A DNA stretch of 64,000 nucleotides from assembly GCA_964448725.1 (NCBI GenBank), contig CAYVAJ010000001.1, positions 71,525-135,524 of the forward strand, in the 5' to 3' direction. Positions 10,901-18,503 of the stretch are shown piece by piece (the stretch's first letter is position 1; each line of letters starts with the position of its first letter). Below the pieces are notes generated by a model. It was not told the origin of the DNA and did no database searches. It saw only the letters and a program-made list of their open reading frames with translations. This DNA comes from an uncultured Gammaproteobacteria bacterium. GTDB lineage: Bacteria > Patescibacteriota > Microgenomatia > Levybacterales > GWA1-39-11. The translations under genes were made by a program, and so were the position numbers.

Positions 10901-13900
10901 ATACCGATTGGGGGAGGAAGTTTCTTAATAACAAGTCCGGAAGAAGGATCAGAATTAAGTGGAACAGTATTACTTCAAGCAGAGAATCCACCTGCTGATG
11001 CCACTATTGTTAATTTTCACCAACGACTAAAAGGAACTACTGAATGGTTCTTTATTGGTGCTGATAGTAATCCTGGAGGGGGATGGAACGTTAATTTTGA
11101 CACTACAGCGCTTCCTGACGGTATATATGAAATTGAGTTGCGTTCTAAAACCAGCTCCAGCGCTACACCAATAGCTGTACCCACACTTTTAACTGTTACC
11201 CTTAACAATGGAAATCAAATAACACCAACGGTAACTCCAACCCCAGTGCCGGTGTATACCTTGTCAGGAAGCGTGTATGAAGATACAAATAGTAATGGAG
11301 TTAAAGACTTGAGTGAAAACGGGTATGGTGATGTGGTAGTGAGCACTAACACTGGACAAAGTACCACAACAGACAATGACGGGATATATGTGTTCTCTAA
11401 TCTTGTGGCAGGAACCTATGTGGTGACAGTGACAGTACCTGAAGGGTATAGCGCGACAACAACAAATCCTGTATCAGTAGCCGTAAGTGTTAATACTAGT
11501 CAACACTTTGGAATTGTTCTTCCCACCCCACCAACACCAACTATAACGATAATGCCTACTGTTACGCCCACACCTCCTACACCAACATCGATATCTGGTG
11601 TGTTGTGGTTTGCAGGACATGAGACAGGAAATATGAATGAGTGGTATGAGGAAAGTTGTGGAGGAGAGTTCAATAATGGTGAGGCTACATCTGCGGTTAG
11701 TACCGATGTTGCAAAATCAGGACTTTATTCATCAAAACTTACCATTAATGCAACAGGGGCAGATACTGGCACACGTCTTTTTCGATGGTGCGAATCTAGA
11801 GACCCAAGTGAAGAGCTTTATTATGGTGCATGGTTCTATCTTCCTGAGAAAGTGCAGGCAGTAGGTGGTTGGTGGAATATCTTCCAATATAAAAATAAAT
11901 ATCCACAAGGAGGAAACGATCCGTATTGGATTATAAATATAGGGAACAGGAGCAATGGTGATATGTATTTATATTTATATGATTGGGTTAAACAAAAAAG
12001 CTATTCGCAAACTCTTAAGGATATACCTGTAGGGCAATGGTTTCATATAGAAACATATTTGAAAGAAGCTACTGGAAATACGGGGATAATCAAAGTATGG
12101 CAGGATGGTCAAGAAATATTTAACATTCCTAATGTTGCAACGACAATAGCAGGAACTGAGCTTCAGTGGAGTGTCAATAACTATAGTAGTCAATTAAATC
12201 CGTCAAATGTAACTCTTTATATTGATGACGCATCTATTAGTGAATCAAGAATATGGGAAAATCCTGTAATACCATCTAATACAGCAACACCAGTTTCTCC
12301 AACCCCAACAGTAAGTCAGGTGTATACCTTGTCAGGAACTGTGTATGAAGATACAAATAGTAATGGAGTTAAAGACTTAAATGAGGTGGGAAAAAGCGGA
12401 GTAACTGTAAATACAGATACGGGGGAAAGTGTAACAACGGATGGTGAGGGAATGTATGTGTTTTCAAATCTTATGGCGGGGACCTATTCAGTTACTGTCG
12501 CGTTACCTGAAGGGTATAGCGCGACAACAACAAATCCTGTTACTGTGGCTATCAATACTAATACTACTCAGCATTTTGGAATTGTCCTTCCAGTTCCGCC
12601 GACCGCAACTCCAACTCCAGTTCCTCCTACAGCTACCCTAACACCAATTCCTCCGACAGCAACGCCAATTCCTGCTATGCCTACTCCTACACCAACGTCA
12701 ACACCAACACCCACACCAATATCACCCACAGCGACACCTATGGCTACCGCAACTCCAACAACAATTCCTTCCTATACTTTATCAGGAACTGTATATGTGG
12801 ACACAAACAGTAATGGGGTAAAAGATCCCACAGAGACTGGATATTCTGGTACTACGGTGAGTGTTAGCACAGGACAAAATGCTATAACTGATCAAAACGG
12901 CAAGTATACTTTCACTAATCTTCCCACAGGGATATATTCACTCACCCTTACTGTACCTACAGGATATCAACTAACTACTGTTAATCCTGCATCAGTTGTA
13001 ATGAATACTGATACCACTCAGCACTTTGGGATTGCTCCAATTCCTAGTAATACACCAACTCCCACACTTACACCTACTGCAATTCCAACTCTGGCAGTAA
13101 CAGTTACAGATTCTCCGTCTCCGACTTCAATACCGACTGCTACTCCTACTCCTGTACAGACATACTCCCTTACGGGAGTGGTATTTATTGACTCCAATGA
13201 AAACGGAGTAAAAGATACTGATGAGATGCCTGCAGCAGGAATAAGTGTTTCTTCTGTGGAACTAGGTGAAAAAACCAGTAATGGTGCTGGAGTTTATACA
13301 TTTAGCAATATTGTCCCAGCAATGTATCAGTTATCTCTCTCATTACCCACAGGGTATTATTCAACAACAACAAATACTGTTACTGTGGTCATAAATGCCA
13401 ACACTACTCAAAATTTTGGTATTGCGCCTATTCCCACAGCTACACCTACAGTTGAGCTTACTAATACACCAATTCCAACCGTAGCACCAGTTCCTTGTAC
13501 AGTAACTCAAGCTCAATGGAGTACTGATACCTTCACAGTTGATGAAGGAACTATTATTTCTCTGATGGTTTCAACAGATGGAGATTGCGAAGGCCAAGAA
13601 GTTACATTTGAAGTGAGAGAAGATGATCCAGTGGGGGATGATGCCGTGGAGAAAAATCCTCTCAACGCAATGATCCAAAATGGACAGGCAACTACTACCT
13701 GGCTTGTTGAATGGCAAGAAGATTGTTTGGGGTTTGGACTTTGTGCAAATCCTGAGTATTTCTTTACTGTCACTTTAGTTGAGAGTCAAGCTTCAGTTCG
13801 TTCATCAAACCCATTGCTTACGGTAAATAGAACTAATTTGCCTCAGTTTACTTTGCAACCTGAAGCTATCGTTAATACCACAACAGCTCAGATTAGATGG

Positions 13901-14869
13901 GGGACAAGCCACGAAATGTCTTCAGAGGTTATTCTAGGTTTAAGTGACCAATATCTTATTAATAAAAAGGATGAAGATGAGCAAAAACGCGTTATCTCTC
14001 ATAATATATCTCTTTCTGATCTTGTTCCTTGTACAACATATCAATATATGGTTCGTTCACTTGATATGACCGGATTTAAGATAGAGAGTCCCAAACTTAC
14101 GTTTACTACAAAAGGTTGTCTGGGTGATGCGCAAATACTGAATGAAACAGAGAAAAAGGTCGCAGTATCTACCGGAGGCTCTCTGAGTTTCCAAAATAAT
14201 AATAGCGTACTAGCTAAAATAGAGATACCTGCTCAATATAGCTCTCGTGATTTGTATTTTCAGATGAAAAAGATGTTGATCACAGATGTCCAAAATAGTA
14301 TTGGGGTACCTGAACAAAAAAGTGCGGTTGGTAACTTTATTTATAATCTTTCAGCACTTTCTACCGTTTCATCGGAATCTGCTGAATTTGATGAGCCTGT
14401 TTTAGTATCACTCTCTTATGATCCTGCTGACGTTGAGGAATACGATTCAGATTCATTATCAATTTATCGCTATGATGGTAGTAGCTGGAATATTCTCTCG
14501 GAGTGTTCTTATTTAAATGATGTATATACATTAACCTGTCAGACCACTCAGTTCTCACTTGTTGGAATTTATGGAGATCTAAAGGAAGTTGCTTCTATAC
14601 CAAGTCCAACAGATGCGCCAATTCGCACGGGAGGAGGTACGTCCCATAACTCTTCATCAAACGAAGGAGGAAATTCATCTGGCGGATCATCCAGCGGTGA
14701 TGTTTCCTCGCCAAGAGGGGCTGACATCAATAGTGATGGAAAAGTAAATATACTTGATCTTAGTGTCTTACTTTCTCAGTGGAATAAGTCAGGAACAGCT
14801 GATATTAATGGAGATGGACGGGTAAATATAGTAGATCTTTCCATACTCTTATCTCAGTGGAGTAGGTAA
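4964..14869 (+). CDS. giant surface multi-domain carbohydrate-active protein (3301 aa): N-terminal TM, PL1-type pectate lyase, 2 CBM6, 6 SdrD-B repeats, GH-like TIM barrel, Ig, polysaccharide-lyase-like jelly roll, FN3-like, C-terminal dockerin
   Basis: AFPGAEGFGRFAVGGRGG..VTNLNDSGPGSFR, DHNSISWAVDE, HNRDRNP (PL1); IPGRFEAENYD..GEWMEYTVN..TGGWQNW twice (CBM6); GTVYVDTNSNGVKD-type motif six times; PT linkers; DINxDGxVNIxDLSxLLSQW twice. GTG start uncertain. Confidence 0.85.
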   Translation: MQRNKKNTRIRNGRSSLGQDRNYWDYLEKQGKRFRVAFSLSALGIILFIALAITLPFEDKLYNFLFPKAPTQAAVPTVIQSSTANNGDAASSISAAWSAPTTNGNFLIAVLSANGATASTSAIAPDGWTVVSEQSSSSGLKQWVYYYNNAPQQTEPVSFTIEPAVKSALVLAEYKDVELANPIENHSNSMGDDTNPTHTFTPTSTDRLLIGAISTATGATVDTSNAGFSLIAQTATSTGEDLSNAGASLLFTHSTTTEPVTNNVELSTAAPWINTVIAVKAVQTAPTPTLVPGDLTIAGFTLMNADTGEEIGALINNQTLDLATLPTRNLSVVINTSPSPVGSVQIGYDEDSSYRSESGLPYSFNGETDSHFNPWTPSIGSHTITATPYSGKSLSGTPGTPSSVTFTVIDSSVTQTELLAFPGAEGFGRFAVGGRGGQVIKVTNLNDSGPGSFRAAVDTTGPRIVVFEVGGTINLTSDNIDIKNPYITIAGQTAPGGGIQIKNGMVAVSTHNVIIRGLRIRVGDQAGPPLESRDGIKASITGATTDVTDVIFDHNSISWAVDESASTYQGGSALKLSDITFQWNVFSETLQYSNHPDITGGGHHSMGPLIANESKNISFHHNLMAHNRDRNPYIQGGVTAEIINNVTYNYSCGGAIKIGKNVSNNPSFVNVIGNYIKRGPVGVGAQTCKGIRVETGNVAGTKVYVKSNIGYGRLTDSGDDWLAVESDTEGIFRSLTPAITGTGITTHSPTEAYDLVLENAGAVAPARDSVDARVVNDVKNTTGTFVDSPTDVGGWPSLASGTAPVDNDDDGIPDTWETSNGLNPANVADANSTAPSGYTWIEEYINSLIVIAPAEESTPTPTVTPTPSVTQTPYLGETIAIPGRFEAENYDKGGQGVSYSDTETANRGGEYRTTEGVDIETTTDVGGGYAVGYIRAGEWMEYTVNIAKAGKYNIDTRVASNGQGGTFHIEIDGADVTGPITIPTTGGWQNWITLSTEEIDLPSGTHILRIAMDSVGTNGGVGNINYLEISPYQAPYNETPVSIPGTIQMEDYDLGGEEVAYLDTASDNPSNRGRQYRTTEGVDIETTTDVGGGYAVGYTKAGEWLEYTVNVTQSATYIVKTRIASQGEGGIFHLEVDGVDISGPLQVPSTGGWQNWEDITITDVSISEGKHVIRVVMDSQNSSGNVGNFNYLSFSTDAGEITPTVIPTYTLSGTVYVDTNSNGVKDLDEDGSSGVTVSIDTGQSVTTDTEGEYLFSDLVAGTYTVTVTVPEGYSVTTTNPTTVAVSTNTSQHFGIVILAPPTATPVPTVTSTPVPPTATPTPTPNTPIYYTLSGTVYVDTNSNGVKDLDEDGLNGVTVSTDGGHSTTTNSEGVYTISDLAVGTYSVTVTPPEGYTTTTTNPASIALSDDTTQHFGIASLATPLATIVATVNGDDWHLPSDVPTSKTSGVYGYNNNALVTDKAPQYTWAQLHSGGSINNPTLTTSGLHNEVKTRRTVLRMNNNAEDEIPLHVRQRNNWQSYVMRNNIRVYPLWQDNWLTEYKAFLDKLLNETVAGTQYKLKDHPNFVGIQIQMSGSGKGEPFYSGGDLEKEEAMGLTPTKWENFLWEYNHAYLDYLGSGNEWKAFTVAKPNFIGNYNGSFTKAQYAEAVRYGTILSRTSALSPGERGMGVRVAGDYEGYRGSPSWEEMATIPANGIMQIHDFGQFAFPPFEQESHIDNQIENWYGGNNNTQGLSNTDPNDQKKIANGIRHSIIRLLTERHTFTWLDGEDADFIEDRYPGIVTYMKKSFGKLANTSPDAWVYLGKLGSITAMPRWITPLSVANPDGGVAFDMGNNQFANGVERHGWAIPSALKFDIDDRFIIPGSSNTVEAVVTYYDNNSKWHLDYDSTAGNLSAPIIQGAGSNQWKSVTIKLAGADFDGGISGGDVQIIADNGTPIIEMLRIIKTSTPLLTPTPTEVIQHTTTPTPTATLTPTATPSPTEIPIGGGSFLITSPEEGSELSGTVLLQAENPPADATIVNFHQRLKGTTEWFFIGADSNPGGGWNVNFDTTALPDGIYEIELRSKTSSSATPIAVPTLLTVTLNNGNQITPTVTPTPVPVYTLSGSVYEDTNSNGVKDLSENGYGDVVVSTNTGQSTTTDNDGIYVFSNLVAGTYVVTVTVPEGYSATTTNPVSVAVSVNTSQHFGIVLPTPPTPTITIMPTVTPTPPTPTSISGVLWFAGHETGNMNEWYEESCGGEFNNGEATSAVSTDVAKSGLYSSKLTINATGADTGTRLFRWCESRDPSEELYYGAWFYLPEKVQAVGGWWNIFQYKNKYPQGGNDPYWIINIGNRSNGDMYLYLYDWVKQKSYSQTLKDIPVGQWFHIETYLKEATGNTGIIKVWQDGQEIFNIPNVATTIAGTELQWSVNNYSSQLNPSNVTLYIDDASISESRIWENPVIPSNTATPVSPTPTVSQVYTLSGTVYEDTNSNGVKDLNEVGKSGVTVNTDTGESVTTDGEGMYVFSNLMAGTYSVTVALPEGYSATTTNPVTVAINTNTTQHFGIVLPVPPTATPTPVPPTATLTPIPPTATPIPAMPTPTPTSTPTPTPISPTATPMATATPTTIPSYTLSGTVYVDTNSNGVKDPTETGYSGTTVSVSTGQNAITDQNGKYTFTNLPTGIYSLTLTVPTGYQLTTVNPASVVMNTDTTQHFGIAPIPSNTPTPTLTPTAIPTLAVTVTDSPSPTSIPTATPTPVQTYSLTGVVFIDSNENGVKDTDEMPAAGISVSSVELGEKTSNGAGVYTFSNIVPAMYQLSLSLPTGYYSTTTNTVTVVINANTTQNFGIAPIPTATPTVELTNTPIPTVAPVPCTVTQAQWSTDTFTVDEGTIISLMVSTDGDCEGQEVTFEVREDDPVGDDAVEKNPLNAMIQNGQATTTWLVEWQEDCLGFGLCANPEYFFTVTLVESQASVRSSNPLLTVNRTNLPQFTLQPEAIVNTTTAQIRWGTSHEMSSEVILGLSDQYLINKKDEDEQKRVISHNISLSDLVPCTTYQYMVRSLDMTGFKIESPKLTFTTKGCLGDAQILNETEKKVAVSTGGSLSFQNNNSVLAKIEIPAQYSSRDLYFQMKKMLITDVQNSIGVPEQKSAVGNFIYNLSALSTVSSESAEFDEPVLVSLSYDPADVEEYDSDSLSIYRYDGSSWNILSECSYLNDVYTLTCQTTQFSLVGIYGDLKEVASIPSPTDAPIRTGGGTSHNSSSNEGGNSSGGSSSGDVSSPRGADINSDGKVNILDLSVLLSQWNKSGTADINGDGRVNIVDLSILLSQWSR
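7694..8253 (+). repeat. 65-bp exact direct repeat inside the tandem CBM6 modules
   Basis: 7694-7758 and 8189-8253 are identical (TATCGCACGACAGAAGG...GCAGTTGG). Confidence 0.9.
8588..13430 (+). repeat. six dispersed SdrD-B/CnaB-type coding repeats
   Basis: Copies start at 8588, 8951, 11255, 12323, 12773, 13163; the first four share TATACCTTGTCAGG...ACAAATAGTAATGGAGTTAAAGA. Confidence 0.9.
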
Positions 14870-14959
14870 CATGCAAGAGCGGACAATCCTTTTGTTGCTT
14901 GGCAGGAAAATGCTTGAAAAAACGTACCGAGTTGAATTAACAAAAAAAGTGAATGGAAT

Positions 14960-15403
14960 TTATTTAACAATGATTGTTCCTTTTCTCTCAGGATGAAAGT
15001 AATCGTGGTAGGTATAAGTACCAGAGTTCTCAAAAATATGAACTACTGTTGAACCTTGGGGAATTTCCCCAAGATTCAACTCAGGATATTTTTTATTCGT
15101 AGGATGATCATCTGAATTTACTGAAGCATGTTCATCATTTGTCTTGTTTGTCCATCGGACTGCGGCGCCTTTTTGTATGGTTATTTCACTTGGATTAAAT
15201 CCATCATTGGTTAACTCTACTGAAATTTCTGTAGGAAGAGCAGCAGGTTGGCTTTCATTCTTACCTCTTATTATAAACACTACTCCTATCACAAGGATCA
15301 CCAAAGCAATTACTCCCACTAAAATAAGTATTCTCAACAAAGTATTCTTCTGTGCAGAGAGTGATTGAGGGGAACCTTCTTTTTGATAGGATACTGATTC
15401 CAT
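14960..15403 (-). CDS. membrane-anchored cupredoxin-fold protein
   Basis: N-terminal TM; GFNPSEITIQKGAAVRWTN...GTYTYHDYFHPERKGTIIVK. Confidence 0.8.
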   Translation of the reverse strand: MESVSYQKEGSPQSLSAQKNTLLRILILVGVIALVILVIGVVFIIRGKNESQPAALPTEISVELTNDGFNPSEITIQKGAAVRWTNKTNDEHASVNSDDHPTNKKYPELNLGEIPQGSTVVHIFENSGTYTYHDYFHPERKGTIIVK

Positions 15404-15497
15404 AAACTGTTTTTAGTATATGAACTCAGCTATGCAAATGTAAATAACCAATTGTGTATAACTCTGTAAAATGAATAGAGTTTTGAAACAGAAAAAA

Positions 15498-16091
15498 TTA
15501 TATGAATTGTTTCAGGCTTTGTACGTCATCAAGCAATGTTTTTTTACTGCTTCCCGAATACAGGGCAACTGCTGGATGGTAGAGCGGGACAATATGGATT
15601 GGTCCATACGCAGCATTTGTTTTGATTACTTTTCCATGCAGAGTTGTAATGGTTTGTGTCTGTTCGGCAGCGTTAAACTTTTCCAATATATATTTCATAG
15701 AAAATCGGCCGAGTGTCGCTATAACTTTTGGTTGAATTATATTTATCTGTGCATCAAGAAAAGGTGAATAGAGAGCAATCTCGGCAGGTAAAGGGTCTCT
15801 GTTTTCAGGAGGGCGGTCTTTTACAATATTGGTAATATAAACATTTTCTCGGGAGAGACCTATTGAGGTGATTATCTCGGTTAATATCCTGCCAGATGCA
15901 CCACAGAAAGGTTTGCCTTGCTCTGCCTCATTCTTTCCAGGTGCCTCACCAATAAAGACAATATTTGCATTATGACTTCCTTCTCCAATAACAGGAAAGT
16001 ATTTATTCTTTGTTCTGTATTCGTACAGTGGAGATTGGGTAAGGTTCCAAATGCTATCTCTGATTTCCCGCATTTGATCCTTTTTGCTCAT
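15498..16091 (-). CDS. uracil-DNA glycosylase family 4
   Basis: FIGEAPGKNE..GKPFCGASG, YITNIVKDRPPENRDP, LYHPA; start moved to MSKK, which has TATAAT 6 nt upstream. Confidence 0.92.
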   Translation of the reverse strand: MSKKDQMREIRDSIWNLTQSPLYEYRTKNKYFPVIGEGSHNANIVFIGEAPGKNEAEQGKPFCGASGRILTEIITSIGLSRENVYITNIVKDRPPENRDPLPAEIALYSPFLDAQINIIQPKVIATLGRFSMKYILEKFNAAEQTQTITTLHGKVIKTNAAYGPIHIVPLYHPAVALYSGSSKKTLLDDVQSLKQFI

Positions 16092-16161
16092 ATTTGTATT
16101 ATACAAAACACTTGCTCATTGTAAATCTTTTTGTCTATAATTAAAAACTTGCAAAGACAGT

Positions 16162-16770
16162 ATGATAGAAGTGTTTTTTGATATTGAAACAAAAAAGTTA
16201 TTTCACGAAGTAGAGAATCGTGATGTAACAAAACTAGGTGTCTCCATAGTATCAGTATATCAGCGTGAGATTGATTCAAATTTCAGAGAGGTAAGTGGAC
16301 ACATGCGAAGTTATTGGGAGAAAGACTTTCCTGAGCTTTGGAAAGTGCTTCATGACGCAGACCGGATCATTGGATTTAATTCAGTAAGCTTTGATGCAGC
16401 TGTACTCCAGCCATATGCTCCATTTGCATTACAAAAGCTTGCTCATTTTGATATGTTGGCAGAAGTGCGTAAGGTGCTGGGACACAGACTTAGTCTTAAT
16501 GCACTTGCCTCACAAACATTGGGATCAGTAAAAACTGATGTTGGAACAAATGCTGTTGTATATTTTGCGAATGGAGATCCTGAGAGTTTGCAGAAACTTC
16601 AATCATATTGTGAAGCAGACGTTGCAATAACACGCGACTTATATGATTATGGGGTGAAAAATAAACATCTTAAATATTTAGATAAATGGAACACTCCTCG
16701 AATTGTTGAAATTGATTTTTCTTACCCTGAACATGCAACAGAGTCTGGAAAACAGACAAGTCTTTTCTAG
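16162..16770 (+). CDS. RNase H-like (DEDD, YprB-like) exonuclease-domain protein
   Basis: VFFDIET, IIGFNSVSFD, HFDML, YCEADV acidic motifs. Confidence 0.8.
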   Translation: MIEVFFDIETKKLFHEVENRDVTKLGVSIVSVYQREIDSNFREVSGHMRSYWEKDFPELWKVLHDADRIIGFNSVSFDAAVLQPYAPFALQKLAHFDMLAEVRKVLGHRLSLNALASQTLGSVKTDVGTNAVVYFANGDPESLQKLQSYCEADVAITRDLYDYGVKNKHLKYLDKWNTPRIVEIDFSYPEHATESGKQTSLF

Positions 16771-16926
16771 TAATCAGATCTATTTCCGCCCAGCTTTATA
16801 CCTAACACTTACACAATCTTGCATTTCTTCATGTATCTTTTTCCTACAATAGGATTATATGGATTCAATATTACTTGCAACAATCTCAGTTGGCATTGTG
16901 TACTACATGAAAAGTTCATTACTATT

Positions 16927-17058
16927 ATGAAATTTAGAATGTTTAAAAAACATCAAAAAAGCGCTGATAAGAAAAAGGATCAAGTACTGCAAATTGGTAG
17001 AAAACAATTTGAGAAATTAGCAAAAAAAGGAATCATGATACAGCTGGTACAGGTATAG
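16927..17058 (+). CDS. small basic hypothetical protein (about 43 aa)
   Basis: MKFRMFKKHQKSADKKKDQVLQIGRKQFEKLAKKGIMIQLVQV fills the gap; overlaps the truB 3' end by 26 nt. Confidence 0.3.
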   Translation: MKFRMFKKHQKSADKKKDQVLQIGRKQFEKLAKKGIMIQLVQV

Positions 17059-17821
17059 TAAAAGCCTCATTGCTCTGATACTCTCCAATTGTTAGTCTTT
17101 TTATTGAAAGAGCAAGTGCTGGTATACCTACTCTTGCTCCAATTTCATGAGCTAAAGATCTCATATATGCTCCTTGGGTAGCGTCTACTTGTATTGTTAA
17201 CACAGGAAAATCTTTTGGTGCGTGGGAAAGTTCCTTTTTCCATTGTCTCAGAATTTCATCTTGCCTGAAGTCTCCAGAGATATGAGCTATGATCGGGGTA
17301 ATTGAAGAGAGCAGTTCATGAGACGAATAGGTCTTTGAGGAGATGAGAGAGACCTCTTTTATTTCTATGTTTTTTGTAGGGATTGTAATAGTATCAAGTA
17401 ATCCTTTTCGTGCCCAGTAAAAAAGTGGTTTTCCATTTACTCTGGCAGATGAATATGGAGGATACGCTTGGTCATGTTTTCCAACAAACTCTGGCAGAAC
17501 TGTAGAGACTTTATGTGAAATATCAGCTGGGATACTCTCTGTGCGGTGAGTGATCAGCCCTAACATATCATAGGTATCTGTTGCAAAGCCAAACAGTATT
17601 GTTACCTCATATGTTTTTGGAAGCATTTGATAATGTTCACGTTTTTTACATTCATCTCCAACAAGTACTAATAAAAGTCCTTCAGCCATTGGATCAAGTC
17701 TACCCGCATATGCAAGCGTCTCATCCTGCAAAGAAGGATTTGCTTTTCGAAGACTATGAAGTGCTTGGAGTGGGGTTATTCCTAAGGGTTTATATACTGG
17801 AATGACAGATTGAGAAGGCAT
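17033..17821 (-). CDS. truB: tRNA pseudouridine(55) synthase, lacking C-terminal PUA domain
   Basis: YKPLGITP, YAGRLDPMAEGLL (catalytic Asp), QAYPPYSS..VNGKPL, GAYMRSLA; start at MPSQ avoids the sod overlap. Confidence 0.88.
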   Translation of the reverse strand: MPSQSVIPVYKPLGITPLQALHSLRKANPSLQDETLAYAGRLDPMAEGLLLVLVGDECKKREHYQMLPKTYEVTILFGFATDTYDMLGLITHRTESIPADISHKVSTVLPEFVGKHDQAYPPYSSARVNGKPLFYWARKGLLDTITIPTKNIEIKEVSLISSKTYSSHELLSSITPIIAHISGDFRQDEILRQWKKELSHAPKDFPVLTIQVDATQGAYMRSLAHEIGARVGIPALALSIKRLTIGEYQSNEAFTIPVPAVS

Positions 17822-17828
17822 GAGTGGA

Positions 17829-18434
17829 TTAACGACTTTCTGCAAAGCGACGTGATACTTCTTCCCAATTGACAACACTCCACCATGCATCAATATATTC
17901 CGGTCGTTTGTTTTGATAGCGCAGATAATAGGCGTGTTCCCACACATCCAGTCCGAGTAGTGGCGTTGCGCCATTCATGAGAGGATTATCCTGATTTGGA
18001 GTACTTGTGACAGACAGCTCACCATCTTTTATGGTAAGCCATGCCCATCCACTGCCAAATACGCCGGTTGCGCTTTGTGTAAATTCTTCTTTAAAAGACT
18101 GTACATCCCCAAATGATGTTTGTATTGCTTCTTGGAGATCATCGGACATACTGCTTCCTTCATGAGGTGTCATGATTGTCCAGAAAAGTGTGTGATTTGC
18201 GTGTCCTCCAGCATTATTACGAACTTTTGTTCGGATATCTTCAGGTACTCGGTCAAGACTTTGAATAAGTTCTTCTATTGGGAGTGCTGCAAGATCTTCA
18301 TGAGCAGTGAGTGCATCATTGACGTTTTTTATATATGTTGCATGATGCTTGTCGTGATGCAATCGCATTGTTTCTTCATCAACTGCACGATCAAGTGCGT
18401 TATAGTCGTAAGGAAGATCAGGAAGTGTATACAT
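17829..18434 (-). CDS. sodA: Mn/Fe superoxide dismutase
   Basis: LHHDKHHATY, NNAGGHANH, FGSGWAW, DVWEHAYY; GGH and NQD are Mn-type. Confidence 0.95.
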   Translation of the reverse strand: MYTLPDLPYDYNALDRAVDEETMRLHHDKHHATYIKNVNDALTAHEDLAALPIEELIQSLDRVPEDIRTKVRNNAGGHANHTLFWTIMTPHEGSSMSDDLQEAIQTSFGDVQSFKEEFTQSATGVFGSGWAWLTIKDGELSVTSTPNQDNPLMNGATPLLGLDVWEHAYYLRYQNKRPEYIDAWWSVVNWEEVSRRFAESR

Positions 18435-18503
18435 GATATAAGAGTATATCTATGATAAAACAATTATTCAAGATATGGGTAAGAGTTCTGTAACAGTTAT
18501 CTT

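Noticed and set aside
7694-13430. CRISPR array or DGR template/variable repeats
   Set aside because: Repeats are in-frame protein-domain duplications, irregularly spaced, with differences not restricted to A; no cas genes.
5719-14558. Many 60-147 aa ORFs within or antisense to the giant gene, and similar ones over clpB, virB4, nrdJ and the 1732-aa gene
   Set aside because: Shadow frames of biased or repetitive coding sequence with no independent motifs.
15453-15461. Isolated DnaA box TGTGTATAA
   Set aside because: Single box in AT-rich DNA; expected by chance.
17822-17974. 51-aa N-terminal extension of TruB in the ORF track
   Set aside because: Overlaps sodA in another frame; TruB motifs begin after MPSQ at 17821.
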